Assembly: GCA_002687355.1 (NCBI GenBank)
Contig: NYZZ01000036.1
Span: 1-56,575, forward strand
Length of the DNA: 56,575 nt
Direction: 5' to 3'
From: Methanobacteriota archaeon
Lineage (GTDB): Archaea > Thermoplasmatota > Poseidoniia > MGIII > CG-Epi1
Below are positions 39,563-48,793 of the stretch, piece by piece; position 1 is the stretch's first letter; each line of letters starts with the position of its first letter. Under the pieces are notes generated by a model. It saw nothing but the letters and a program-made list of their open reading frames with translations. It had not been told where the DNA came from and made no database searches. A program made the translations under genes and the position numbers.

Positions 39563-40119
39563 CCGCCTTCCCAGCGCGCGAATAAATCTGCGTCGAGACC
39601 CAGCAAGTCTAAGACACGACCGGCAATGAAATTTACATTGTCGTCAAGGCTCTGTGGACGGTTGTAGAATGCCGGCGCGGCTGGGGCGATAATGGTACCT
39701 GCAGTAGAGAGCCGCAGCATATTCTCGATGTGGATGTGGCTAAAGGGCGTCTCGCGTGGCGCCAGTATCAGTGGTCGCCGCTCCTTGAGCATTACTGCAC
39801 CGGCGCGCGTCAGCAAGTTGTCATTGACCCCTGCTGCCAATTTGCCAAGCGTGTCCATCGAGCAGGGGATGATGACCATCGCCCGCGCGCGGAACGAGCC
39901 GGAAGCAATCGAAGCGGCGATATCGGCATTACCGTGCACTACATCGGCCAGGGCTTCAACTTCAGCCCAGTCGCCATCGCACTCGTGCTGGTGTACCAGT
40001 CGCGCCGAGTCGGTCGCGACGAAGTGGGTCTCGACCGGTTGCTCCTTCAGCGCCTCGAGCAGACGTACCCCGTACGGGATGCCGGAGGCGCCGCTCATGC
40101 CGACCACGATGCGGTCCAT
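39559..40119 (-). CDS. ubiX: Flavin prenyltransferase UbiX
   Basis: 186 aa with IVVGMSGASGIPYGVRLLEAL and ..VIIPCSMDTLGKLAAG.. Confidence 0.9.
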   Translation of the reverse strand: MDRIVVGMSGASGIPYGVRLLEALKEQPVETHFVATDSARLVHQHECDGDWAEVEALADVVHGNADIAASIASGSFRARAMVIIPCSMDTLGKLAAGVNDNLLTRAGAVMLKERRPLILAPRETPFSHIHIENMLRLSTAGTIIAPAAPAFYNRPQSLDDNVNFIAGRVLDLLGLDADLFARWEGG

Positions 40120-40203
40120 GCTGACAGGGAAACACTCGCGGGCTTAAGGCTTCAGGCTGGCATCCCGCCGCCAGCCGTAAATCCAGTAACCGCTGCCACC
40201 CCA

Positions 40204-41133
40204 ATGGAGTTCACCGCGCCGGGCAAGGTCATCCTGTTCGGAGAGCACGCCGTGGTCTATGGACATCCGGCCATCGCTGTACCGCTCTCAGGACTGCGCG
40301 CCCGCGCCTGGACCGAGCCGACACGTGATGGCGCCGGGCTGGTGATTCACGCGCGTGACCTAGGACAACGACTGACACTGGATGGCGACCCTGAGCACCA
40401 ATTCTCGGTTGCAGCGCAAGCAGTGCTGGCGCGTGTTGGCGCCCCGGAGCCGAACGCAACTGTCAATCTCGAATCGGCCATTCCGTCGGCAGCTGGCATG
40501 GGCAGCAGCGCTGCCACCTCCACCGCAGTCTGCCGCGCACTCGCGGCGCACCTTGGCACCAAGATGTCAGCAACTGATGTTTCGAATATCGTATTCCAAG
40601 CCGAGCGGGTGGTGCACGGTACCCCGAGTGGCATCGACAACACCGTTGTCGCGCATGAGGAGCCGGTCTGGTTCACCAGCGGGGAACCACCGAGGCCATT
40701 CCGGTCTCCGGACCGCTGTTTCCTAGTACTGGGCGATACCGGTATCACCGCCTCGACAGGCGAACTTGTCGCTGGCGTGCGTAAGCGGCGGAACGCCGAA
40801 CCACGACTCTATGACGGATATTTTGCGGAAATTGGCGCACGGGTCAGCGACGCACGCAAAGCGCTCGAGGCTGGCGAGCTGAAACGGGTGGGGAAACTGA
40901 TGGACACCAACCACGAACTGCTCAACAATATCGGCGTTGGTCATCCCAAACTGGACGAGCTGGCCGCTATCGTCCGCGATGCTGGAGCGCTGGGTGCAAA
41001 GCTTACCGGCAAGGGTGGTGGTGGCAACATAGTCGCGCTCGCCGCAGGAGTAGATTCGCAAACTGCTGTAACACAGGCACTAACCGAAGCCGGTTATACG
41101 GCATACGAGACTGCCTTCGGAGGAGGGACATGA
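40204..41133 (+). CDS. mvk: Mevalonate kinase (GHMP kinase)
   Basis: 309 aa from ATG 40204 with APGKVILFGEHAVVYG, PSAAGMGSSAATSTAV and KLTGKGGGGNIVAL. The 5' part of the track ORF is antisense to ubiX. Confidence 0.8.
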   Translation: MEFTAPGKVILFGEHAVVYGHPAIAVPLSGLRARAWTEPTRDGAGLVIHARDLGQRLTLDGDPEHQFSVAAQAVLARVGAPEPNATVNLESAIPSAAGMGSSAATSTAVCRALAAHLGTKMSATDVSNIVFQAERVVHGTPSGIDNTVVAHEEPVWFTSGEPPRPFRSPDRCFLVLGDTGITASTGELVAGVRKRRNAEPRLYDGYFAEIGARVSDARKALEAGELKRVGKLMDTNHELLNNIGVGHPKLDELAAIVRDAGALGAKLTGKGGGGNIVALAAGVDSQTAVTQALTEAGYTAYETAFGGGT

Positions 41134-42404
41134 ACCTACGTGAATTCGTTGACCTGCTCGCTGACAAGGGGCGACTACGAACTATCTCCCGTGAAGTCAG
41201 TCCCAAATACGAGGTGGCGGCGCTAATGGCGCAAGCGGGTGACACCCCGCTGCTCTTCACTAATGTTGACGGCAGCCAAATGCCAGTTGTCACCAACATC
41301 TGTGCTTCGCGTGAACTGGTCGCGCTCGGCCTTGGGTGCGACGAATCAGAAATCATGGAGCGCATCGCCGCTACAGGCGACTCGCAGGCGGAAGTGCCGC
41401 GCGCTGAGGCGACGGGATACCGCGAGGTCAAGCCGACGCTGGAAGGCTTACCAATCCTGACGCACCAGAAATTCGACGGCGGCCCCTACATTGCGTCGGC
41501 AATCGCTGCAGCCTTCGATAATGATCACGGTCTCAACCTGAGTTACCACCGCGGGATGAAGCTGGACGACCAACGCATGGTGCTACGCATCCTGCCGCGC
41601 AACCTTGACGCCTACCGCGAGCGCGGCCTGACGGAGTTCGCATTCTGCAACGGCGTCTCGGTACCTGTATTGCTCGGTGCTGCGACCTCGTTCGGCATCG
41701 ACGTTAGCGAGATGATGATTGCCAATGCACTCGGTACGTCGCCGCTGGTAGAAGTAGGCGGACACACGGTGCCACAGTCAGAGCTGGTGATGATATGCGA
41801 ATTCACCGGCGAAATGGCTGACGAGGGGCCGTTCCTCGATCTCACGGAAACCCCGGATATCGTCCGTAGTCAGCCTGTGGTCAAGCTAAAGCGACTGTTT
41901 CTGCGCGACGACTCAATTTTCCATGCATTGCTACCGGGCGGCCCGGAGCACAAGTTGCTAATGGGGATGCCACGCGAACCGACTATCTTCCACGCCATCT
42001 CGCAGATTACGGACTGCGTCGACGTCCACATCACACCTGGCGGCAGTTCTTGGTTGCATGCTATTGTCGCCATCCGCCCGCGAGATAATGGCGATGGCCG
42101 CAAGGCGATTGAGGCGGCGTTCGCCGGTCACTCCTCGCTAAAACATGTCTGGGTAGTCAACGACGACATTGATATCCGTGATCGTGACATGGTCGAGTGG
42201 GCGTTCGCGACTCGCTTCCAGGGCGATTGCGACACTGTTACGTTCCTGTCGAAGGGGTCGTCACTCGACCCATCGGCCCAGGCTGAGACGCGCGAGACCT
42301 GCAAGCTAGGGTTCGACTGCACTATCCCCAGTGACCGTGAGGCTGCTAATTTCGTACGCACCCCACCGGCAATGAACCTGAAGCTCGAAGATTACCTGGA
42401 CTAA
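41130..42404 (+). CDS. UbiD-family decarboxylase, candidate trans-anhydromevalonate-5-phosphate decarboxylase
   Basis: 424-aa UbiD-like ORF (..LSYHRGMKL.., ..DEGPFLDLTE.., ..HVWVVNDDIDIRD..). It overlaps mvk by ATGA and is followed by an AcnX homologue. The specific function is inferred from context. Confidence 0.8.
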   Translation: MNLREFVDLLADKGRLRTISREVSPKYEVAALMAQAGDTPLLFTNVDGSQMPVVTNICASRELVALGLGCDESEIMERIAATGDSQAEVPRAEATGYREVKPTLEGLPILTHQKFDGGPYIASAIAAAFDNDHGLNLSYHRGMKLDDQRMVLRILPRNLDAYRERGLTEFAFCNGVSVPVLLGAATSFGIDVSEMMIANALGTSPLVEVGGHTVPQSELVMICEFTGEMADEGPFLDLTETPDIVRSQPVVKLKRLFLRDDSIFHALLPGGPEHKLLMGMPREPTIFHAISQITDCVDVHITPGGSSWLHAIVAIRPRDNGDGRKAIEAAFAGHSSLKHVWVVNDDIDIRDRDMVEWAFATRFQGDCDTVTFLSKGSSLDPSAQAETRETCKLGFDCTIPSDREAANFVRTPPAMNLKLEDYLD

Positions 42405-42444
42405 CGGTCGCCAATCCCTTTATCACCATCCAGCCTGCGCGAGC

Positions 42445-44148
42445 GTGGAACTGACCGTAAAGCAGCAGGCAATGCTCGCCGGCAATCACGGTGCGGCGAA
42501 GCAAATGGCGATGCGACTGTTGGTCGACCTGGGAACCGCAGCTGATGCTCCACAAATGGTGCCAGTAGCGGCTGCGCATGTCTCAGGAGTCTCGCCCCTT
42601 ACCGGTGGGCATGGACTGACTACTTTCCTAGAGAAGCTAGGTGATGACGCGCAGGTCGAGGTCGAGACAACACTCAACTCGGCCGGCTGTGACAGCCGCT
42701 GCTGGCGCGAGATGGGTGCGACTACAGACTATGTTGAGCGGCAGCAACGTATCCTTGACGCGTATGCAGCACTTGGTGTGCGACTGACGCTCTCGTGTAC
42801 ACCTTACGAAGCTGTTCAGACATCGCTGCCCGACGGGGTCGGCGCATGGGCTGAGTCGAATGCTGTCTGCTATGCCAATTCGTATACCGAGCTGCGGACC
42901 AACCGCGACTCGGGGTTGTCAGCGCTGGCTGCAGCTATCTGTGGCTGCACGCCAGACTACGGACTGCTGCGCGATGAAAATCGCACCGCCAACCTGCTGG
43001 TCGAGGTCGAATGCGACCTAGTAGAGTCCGTTGATTTCTCTGTGCTAGGTGACTGGGTTGGTAAGCAGCTGCCAACTGGACTGGCTCTGCCGTGGGGACC
43101 AGTGCCGCACTTTCGCGGTGTCGGTGAAGCGAACCACGAAGCGCGCAAAGCGCTCTCGGCAGCAGCGGCCAACTACGGCTGCGCGCTACTCTACCTTGAC
43201 GAACCACCCGCGGCAGAATATCAAGCGACATTGTGCTTCACGACTGCCGACCTTGAGGCGCGCTACGCGGAACTGGCGCCGCGCCACGCCGTAGATTTGG
43301 TCGTTATCGGCTGTCCCCAGGCGTCGCCCGCAGAGGTGCGTGCAACAGCGGAGCTAGTGCGCAACCGCAGTCTGCCAGAGGGGCGACTCTGGGTCTTCAC
43401 CGCCTCGCGCCACTGGGACTCACTGCACGAAGAGGTAGCTGCTATCGAGGCGGCGGGAGGGATGGTACTGCGCGACACCTGCCCCGAGGTAGTGCATTAT
43501 GACCGTGCGTCCGTCAACCACATCCTGACCAACTCGCTGAAGGCGGAGCATTACCTACAATCAGGACTGAACAGCATGCCGACTTCGGTTGCACGCCTCG
43601 CTGACTGCATCGCCCACGCTGCCGACCCAGAAATGGCGGACGGAGTGGCCCACAAAGGCAGGAGGCCGTCAGCGGTAGCGCATCACTCGACAAAGGTGCC
43701 GCAAGCAGGCGCGCTCTCGCTCGCCGGTAGTGGGCTTGAGTCACAAGACACCTGGATGGTAGAAGGTGAAGCGCTCGTCACTGACGTGCCGCTAACCTTC
43801 CTTGGCTTTGTAAATCGCAGAACTGGTGTCGTCGAGGAGCCGGGCCATCCACTCAATGGGGAGTCTATAGCTGGAAAGGTACTAGTCTTCCCGCGCGGTA
43901 GCGGCTCGTCGGTCGCACCCTATGTGCTGCTCGGCCTACTCTACCGCAATCACGGCCCATTAGCTATTGTAAACACTGAAATCGACCAGCAAACACTCCC
44001 TGCCTGCTCGCTACTCGGTGTGCCGTATGCACACTCATTTGGTCGCGATCCGTGCTTGGAGCTAAACAGCGGCGACCAAGTAAAGCTGGAGCTGCGCGAC
44101 AGCATCGTGACCTTGGAATTACTAGAGCGAGCGCCGGTGTCCAGTTGA
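42445..44148 (+). CDS. Aconitase X, fused catalytic (DUF521) and swivel (DUF126) domains; candidate phosphomevalonate dehydratase
   Basis: 567 aa. The N-terminus MELTVKQQAMLAGNHGAAKQMAMRLLVDLG.. is DUF521-like. The C-terminus ..EGEALVTDVPLTFLGFVNRRTGVVEEPGHPLNGESIAGKVLVFPRGSGSSVAPYVL.. is DUF126-like. Confidence 0.8.
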   Translation: MELTVKQQAMLAGNHGAAKQMAMRLLVDLGTAADAPQMVPVAAAHVSGVSPLTGGHGLTTFLEKLGDDAQVEVETTLNSAGCDSRCWREMGATTDYVERQQRILDAYAALGVRLTLSCTPYEAVQTSLPDGVGAWAESNAVCYANSYTELRTNRDSGLSALAAAICGCTPDYGLLRDENRTANLLVEVECDLVESVDFSVLGDWVGKQLPTGLALPWGPVPHFRGVGEANHEARKALSAAAANYGCALLYLDEPPAAEYQATLCFTTADLEARYAELAPRHAVDLVVIGCPQASPAEVRATAELVRNRSLPEGRLWVFTASRHWDSLHEEVAAIEAAGGMVLRDTCPEVVHYDRASVNHILTNSLKAEHYLQSGLNSMPTSVARLADCIAHAADPEMADGVAHKGRRPSAVAHHSTKVPQAGALSLAGSGLESQDTWMVEGEALVTDVPLTFLGFVNRRTGVVEEPGHPLNGESIAGKVLVFPRGSGSSVAPYVLLGLLYRNHGPLAIVNTEIDQQTLPACSLLGVPYAHSFGRDPCLELNSGDQVKLELRDSIVTLELLERAPVSS

Positions 44149-44182
44149 TGGTGGAAAATACGTCTAGGGTGCCGCGGGTAGG

Positions 44183-44929
44183 GTGATGAGTAAACTTGAA
44201 CAACGGTTTGCAGTTGCCGCTGAGACTGCGCGCAAGCTCCCCCCACCTGGTCGTGCAAAACTACTGGAGCTTTACAGCCTCTACAAGCAGTCCCACGAGG
44301 GCGACGCACTACAGCAACGACCAGGGCTCACGAACTTGCGTGGGCGAACTAAACATGACGCCTGGGCTGCGTTGCAAGGTATGGCGCGCGAAACTGCAAT
44401 GCAACGCTACATCGCGCTGGTAGCTGAGCTGCAGGCAGCGCCAGTCGATTCAGATTTTGCCGATCGACATTCTACAGCGCGGGAGCTCCTCGAGCGACCG
44501 CTCAACTCCACTGAGTATGAAGTCATTCGCAAGCTCTGGAAGGCGCACTCACTGGCGGAGGACGACCGCGACATTGATGGACTGCTGGCGACGCTGACGC
44601 CTGACTGCCGCTATGAACTACCACAGCTTGACCGAACCTTCGAAGGCCATGCGGGCGCGACTGAGTTCTACGAGCGGCTGCTAGGAGCGTTCCCTGACAT
44701 CGATTTCCGTCTGACGAGCATCGTCATCGGCCCACAGGGTGTGGTCGAGGAAGCACGTGTCACTGGCACGCATGAACAGGACTGGCTGGGTTTTCAAGCC
44801 ACCAATGAGGAAGTCGAGTTCCAAGTTGTGATATTCTTTCCGTGGGACCCGGAAGAACAACTGTTCTGTGGCGAACGAGTCTGGTTAAGCTTTGGACGTG
44901 AGTATTACGACGGATATGGAATAGTTTAG
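44183..44929 (+). CDS. Acyl-CoA-binding (ACBP) domain fused to a SnoaL/NTF2-like domain
   Basis: The N-terminus ..LLELYSLYKQSHEGD..RPGLTNLRGRTKHDAWAAL.. fits the ACBP consensus LYxLYKQ..GD and K.DAW. The C-terminus ..IRKLWKAHSLAEDDRDIDGLLATLTPDCRYE..FEGHAGATEFYERLLGAFPDIDF.. is SnoaL-like. Confidence 0.7.
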   Translation: MMSKLEQRFAVAAETARKLPPPGRAKLLELYSLYKQSHEGDALQQRPGLTNLRGRTKHDAWAALQGMARETAMQRYIALVAELQAAPVDSDFADRHSTARELLERPLNSTEYEVIRKLWKAHSLAEDDRDIDGLLATLTPDCRYELPQLDRTFEGHAGATEFYERLLGAFPDIDFRLTSIVIGPQGVVEEARVTGTHEQDWLGFQATNEEVEFQVVIFFPWDPEEQLFCGERVWLSFGREYYDGYGIV

Positions 44930-44960
44930 CGGCAAAACCAGAAAAAGCGTCTGGAAAATT

Positions 44961-45626
44961 CTATGATTTCTGTATCAGAATCGTAGTTTGCTCCTTCTCG
45001 TACTTGCCGTTGCCGAATAACTCCAATTCCAAATGCTCCTCGAAATCTATTTGGTCACCATAACGGGATTTTAGTTGCTCGTAAAAGTTCCTAGGTACCG
45101 GGTAGGTCTGGTATTTGTATTTCGCATCGTCGTAGAGGTTGGCACCTATCCACAGGTAACCGCCCGATCTCAATATGGGAATTATGCGCCGGATAATCTC
45201 TCTCTGCTTCTCGACAGTAAAGCTGGCAGAAACCCCGTACATAATTACTAGATCAAACTGCTCCGGAGGTGAGTCAGCGAGATATTTCATGATATCCATC
45301 CTGTGAAAGTTACCGAGTCCCATTTTCTTGCGGCACTCTCGGATATTGAGTCTGCTGATATCCACACCATGCGGTACTGCCAGTTCTTTTTCTGCAAGAT
45401 ATGCCAGCATGGTCCCGGAACCGCAACCGAGGTCCAGAACGTTCTTTCCTGACAATTCCAGGGATGTGGTCTCCACCGTCTTGGCCACCATCTTTTCGAG
45501 ATCAGCGTTATCGAGATAACGCCAGATAGCTCCGTTCCCAGTGAACCAGTTCCGAATGATGTAGGAGCGCATCAGAACGTGCAGGTGTAGGAAGTTCTTG
45601 ACGCGTGCGTACATGGGTACTAGCAA
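44961..45626 (-). CDS. Class I SAM-dependent methyltransferase
   Basis: 221 aa with motif I VLDLGCGSGTMLAYL and ..FDLVIMYGV.. Start is TTG at 45626 or ATG at 45614. GC content is visibly lower than in flanking genes. Confidence 0.75.
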   Translation of the reverse strand: MLVPMYARVKNFLHLHVLMRSYIIRNWFTGNGAIWRYLDNADLEKMVAKTVETTSLELSGKNVLDLGCGSGTMLAYLAEKELAVPHGVDISRLNIRECRKKMGLGNFHRMDIMKYLADSPPEQFDLVIMYGVSASFTVEKQREIIRRIIPILRSGGYLWIGANLYDDAKYKYQTYPVPRNFYEQLKSRYGDQIDFEEHLELELFGNGKYEKEQTTILIQKS

Positions 45627-45669
45627 AACGGTATGGCTACCAGTGCTACAGAGTGTATTCGCGTGTAGC

Positions 45670-46395
45670 TCATTCCACGTACCGTCCGTATTCCCCGCGC
45701 TCTAACTTCGCAATTGCTGCCTTCTCGACTTCTGCATCGTAGCGAAAAGTGGGCCACTCGGATTCACCCTGCGGAGAGCGTAACTCGTCGAGCCTACCCT
45801 CCGCGAATGCATCTACGGCCTCAACCATCAGTTTCGCAGCTTCAACGAGGGTTGCATGGCAAATGTCGTGGTAAGTCGCACCGCGCTGCACAGGGATTTC
45901 ACGGCGACCGGCAAGATCACCAGCGTCGATGGCTACCGAACAGAAATGGCAGCTAGCACCAATGGGAATATCGTGGTAGACGGACCACGCCGGTGATGCA
46001 GAACCACGGCACTCCGGCAGCAGCCCAGGATGCGCGTTAAGCACGCCGCCGCGCGCGTCTCCATATTCCAGAATAGCACCGCGGATAATGCGGGTACCAC
46101 CAAAGACTATCAACTCTGGTTTGGCCTCCTCGATAAAGCTCATGCAATGCTCGTCGTTGTGTATAGGGACTGTCACAATCGGGATACCGTGCTCGAGCGC
46201 CTGATCTGCCATCGGCGGGCCAACCGAATGGGAGCCGATACGATACTCAAATTTCTCGCGCTCGACTTCACCTACGTCAGAATCTTCCTCGATAATCAGT
46301 GCCGGCGTAAACCCAGCTTCCAGCAGTCGCGCCAGCATCTCCCTGCCCCAGGGATGTTCGCGGATAGCCATGTAGACATAGCACGGCTGGCTCAC
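45670..46395 (-). CDS. Formyltransferase-family protein (Formyl_trans_N fold)
   Basis: 241 aa. PELIVFGGTRII..GVLNAHPGLLPECRGSASPAW..AIDAGDL carries the Asn-His..Asp catalytic triad context of 10-formyl-THF-dependent formyltransferases. The GTG start overlaps the RidA stop. Confidence 0.75.
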   Translation of the reverse strand: MSQPCYVYMAIREHPWGREMLARLLEAGFTPALIIEEDSDVGEVEREKFEYRIGSHSVGPPMADQALEHGIPIVTVPIHNDEHCMSFIEEAKPELIVFGGTRIIRGAILEYGDARGGVLNAHPGLLPECRGSASPAWSVYHDIPIGASCHFCSVAIDAGDLAGRREIPVQRGATYHDICHATLVEAAKLMVEAVDAFAEGRLDELRSPQGESEWPTFRYDAEVEKAAIAKLERGEYGRYVE

Positions 46396-46796
46396 GCGCG
46401 CGCCACGACCTTGAACTCGACCGCAATTGGGGTCGGTAGCGCGCCCACTTCAACCGTGGTGCGTGCTACACCAAGATCTTCGAAATGGCGAGCCCAAGTA
46501 GCGTTGAAATCTGGAAAGTCGCGTCGCATATTTGTCAGGAACACAGTGACATCGACTACGCGGTCGAGCGAACTGCCAGCCGCCTCCAAAATGGCACGCA
46601 CGTTGGCGATTACCTGCTCGGTTTGTGCAACGACATCATACTCCTGCGGGTTGCCATCAGCATCCTCAGTAGCGCCGCCTGCAATTCCACTGCCATCAGG
46701 TAACCGCGACCCAACGCCAGACAGGAACAGCATGTCGCCTTCCCGACGGCAATGGACGTAGGCGCCGACCGGTTGCGGTGCTGCGTCAGTCTTCAT
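46392..46796 (-). CDS. RidA/YjgF/L-PSP-family deaminase (candidate 2-aminomuconate deaminase)
   Basis: 134 aa with PQPVGAYVHCRREGDMLFLSGVG.. and ..VARTTVEVGALP.. The specific role is inferred from adjacency to the LigB dioxygenase and ALDH genes. Confidence 0.8.
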   Translation of the reverse strand: MKTDAAPQPVGAYVHCRREGDMLFLSGVGSRLPDGSGIAGGATEDADGNPQEYDVVAQTEQVIANVRAILEAAGSSLDRVVDVTVFLTNMRRDFPDFNATWARHFEDLGVARTTVEVGALPTPIAVEFKVVARA

Positions 46797-47805
46797 TGCC
46801 CCCCGGCAGCGAACCCATTGAAGGTGCGTCGTGCAAATCGAGAACCTCGCGGTCGCCGGAGTAGAACTCGGGGTCGTCCTCGTCGTACTCTAAGTCGCCA
46901 GTGCTTTCTCCTGCCGGCTCGAGGCTGACGACCGCACTGCCGGTGCCCCAGATTGGCTCATAGGCGTGAACCGTGCCTGAGTAAAGATTGGCCTGTCCCA
47001 TGAACGCAGCCCACCACCAGAACGGCTTGAACGCGACCACTTTAGGGACACGTGCCTCATCGTGGAACTGGCGCGAAAGCTGTGATAAATCCTCAAGGCG
47101 GCCTTTCTCAAGATATTCTAGGAACTTGCGGTTCCACTCATCATCCTTGAGCGAGTGGATATGGTCGTCCGCTGGCTCCATTGGCTCCGTCACGAGCCGA
47201 TTGGAGAGTGTCGAAACAACGACCGCAGCGACGGTACGCCCCTGCTCCTCGACCGCGTCGCGCAGCGCTTTCCCGAGTACGGTAGTTTCGGTGCGATTGG
47301 CGTAGATATTGCTACTGACGATAGTCGCTGGTAATTCGTTATCGGGATTGAGCAGTTTCAGTGCCACCACCGTACCGGTGTCGATAGGGAAACCATGGTA
47401 GGCAACTGTGCGCGCATGCAGTCCACGAGCCTTGGCCTTCGTGACTGCCAGCTCAGCGAATTTGGCATCGATACGAAACTTATAGGGTATACTGCCAAGA
47501 TAGTGGAAATCATCATCGACGTGCGTCCACTCCGGCGTCGGGTTTGCCTGAAACTGGTGTCCTAAAATTGATGGCCACATCGTCGAATAGACAACGAGAA
47601 GATCGGCGCCACTAGCGGCAATCTGCTCACGTGCTGTTGCGAATCCATCGCGGACGCGCTGCCACCCTTCATTCTTCTCAGGACAGAGCAATGGATGCGG
47701 CAATCCGGGAACCAGTATACCGAGCGTGACAGAGTTGGCAGCTGTTGGTTCGTCAGCGACAGCCTCACCCAACGAAGCCTCTTTGCCAGCAACTGCAGCG
47801 TTCAT
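46786..47805 (-). CDS. LigB-family extradiol dioxygenase, AmnA-like (non-catalytic alpha) subunit with terminal extensions
   Basis: 339 aa with GILVPGLPHPLLCPEKNEGWQRVRDGF..DLLVVYSTMWPS.. It is paralogous to the next ORF but lacks its HPPH / HTPHW histidines. The C-terminal tail is acidic. Confidence 0.7.
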   Translation of the reverse strand: MNAAVAGKEASLGEAVADEPTAANSVTLGILVPGLPHPLLCPEKNEGWQRVRDGFATAREQIAASGADLLVVYSTMWPSILGHQFQANPTPEWTHVDDDFHYLGSIPYKFRIDAKFAELAVTKAKARGLHARTVAYHGFPIDTGTVVALKLLNPDNELPATIVSSNIYANRTETTVLGKALRDAVEEQGRTVAAVVVSTLSNRLVTEPMEPADDHIHSLKDDEWNRKFLEYLEKGRLEDLSQLSRQFHDEARVPKVVAFKPFWWWAAFMGQANLYSGTVHAYEPIWGTGSAVVSLEPAGESTGDLEYDEDDPEFYSGDREVLDLHDAPSMGSLPGGNED

Positions 47806-48689
47806 GCTGAAGCGGGGTCCCAGCCAATGATGGCGTTGCCAGTGCCGATTACCGTCCCGTAAGCATGTATTTCACCCTGGTATTCAGGGAAATCCAGCGC
47901 AGACATCAGCCAAGTCAGGCTGCCTGCATCGGTCTCGGCGACAGTCTGTTCAGTGAAATCGGGCATGATGTCAATCATTTCGCGCGTTTTCCCGGAGCAC
48001 ATCAACTCAATCATCTTCATGTCCCAGAGATACTGGTGGTGGTTAGTGATGTGTTCCTGCGACATGTCCTCAGGCACCTCGGGTTCCTCAGTAAAGTGGC
48101 GATGCGAAAGCGAATTGCTCGAGAGCAGCAGCGCTCGCTTGCCAGATGCTTCGATGGCCTCGCGCGTCGCTTGGCCCAACTTGACCATATTCGCCTGCAT
48201 CACCTCCACTGAGAAGTAGTTGCGTGACCGGTTAGAGGATATGCAGACTATCGGGAGGTCCCAGTCCGGTCGCACCAGATGACAGCTGGTGATGGTGCCA
48301 TAGTCAATGCGGAAATCAGGGTTCTCCATCATCTGCACATGTAGCCCCGTCTTCGCGGCGTGATCGTGGATAGAACGCGACAGCTCGACATCTACAGTGA
48401 GGTCGTAGTTGTAGCGGAAGAGGTTCGGAAAAATTGGATCTACCGAGAGGTTCTTGAAATGTGGAACACCAAGGAAGTGGGTGCCAACGTAGGTCTGCCA
48501 GTGCGGAGTGTGGATGATGATTACATCGAATTCCTTGTCAGCCAGCGACTTACGCAACCGTTCGTATCCCCAGCGTAACTCCTCCCAGCCCCCCTCCGAA
48601 ACCGGCTCGTTTTGCGACGGGTTCTCAGCATAGACCAAGTGCGGCGGGTGCGGCGCTAGCGCGCCCATCACGATTTCACCCTTGGCCAT
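47802..48689 (-). CDS. LigB-family extradiol dioxygenase catalytic subunit, 2-aminophenol 1,6-dioxygenase beta (AmnB)-like
   Basis: 295 aa. GALAPHPPHLVYAENPSQNEPVSEGGWEELRWGYERL..DVIIIHTPHW..VDPIFPNLFRYNYDL..YGTVIGTGNAIIGWD closely parallels my recollection of Pseudomonas AmnB. Confidence 0.8.
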   Translation of the reverse strand: MAKGEIVMGALAPHPPHLVYAENPSQNEPVSEGGWEELRWGYERLRKSLADKEFDVIIIHTPHWQTYVGTHFLGVPHFKNLSVDPIFPNLFRYNYDLTVDVELSRSIHDHAAKTGLHVQMMENPDFRIDYGTITSCHLVRPDWDLPIVCISSNRSRNYFSVEVMQANMVKLGQATREAIEASGKRALLLSSNSLSHRHFTEEPEVPEDMSQEHITNHHQYLWDMKMIELMCSGKTREMIDIMPDFTEQTVAETDAGSLTWLMSALDFPEYQGEIHAYGTVIGTGNAIIGWDPASA

Positions 48690-48793
48690 GGAGTGGCAGG
48701 TCGACCGGATTAATAAATCTCAGCGTCCGACTGTACCTCGTCACTATGCCCTTCGTGTGGTGGCGCATCCAGCAGGCGGAATAGTAGCCCTAA

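Noticed and set aside
39730-40203. 5' extension of the mevalonate kinase ORF (the track ORF starts at 39730)
   Set aside because: The extension lies antisense to ubiX and has shadow-like composition. The GHMP kinase N-terminus (MEFTAPGKVILFGEHAV) begins at ATG 40204.
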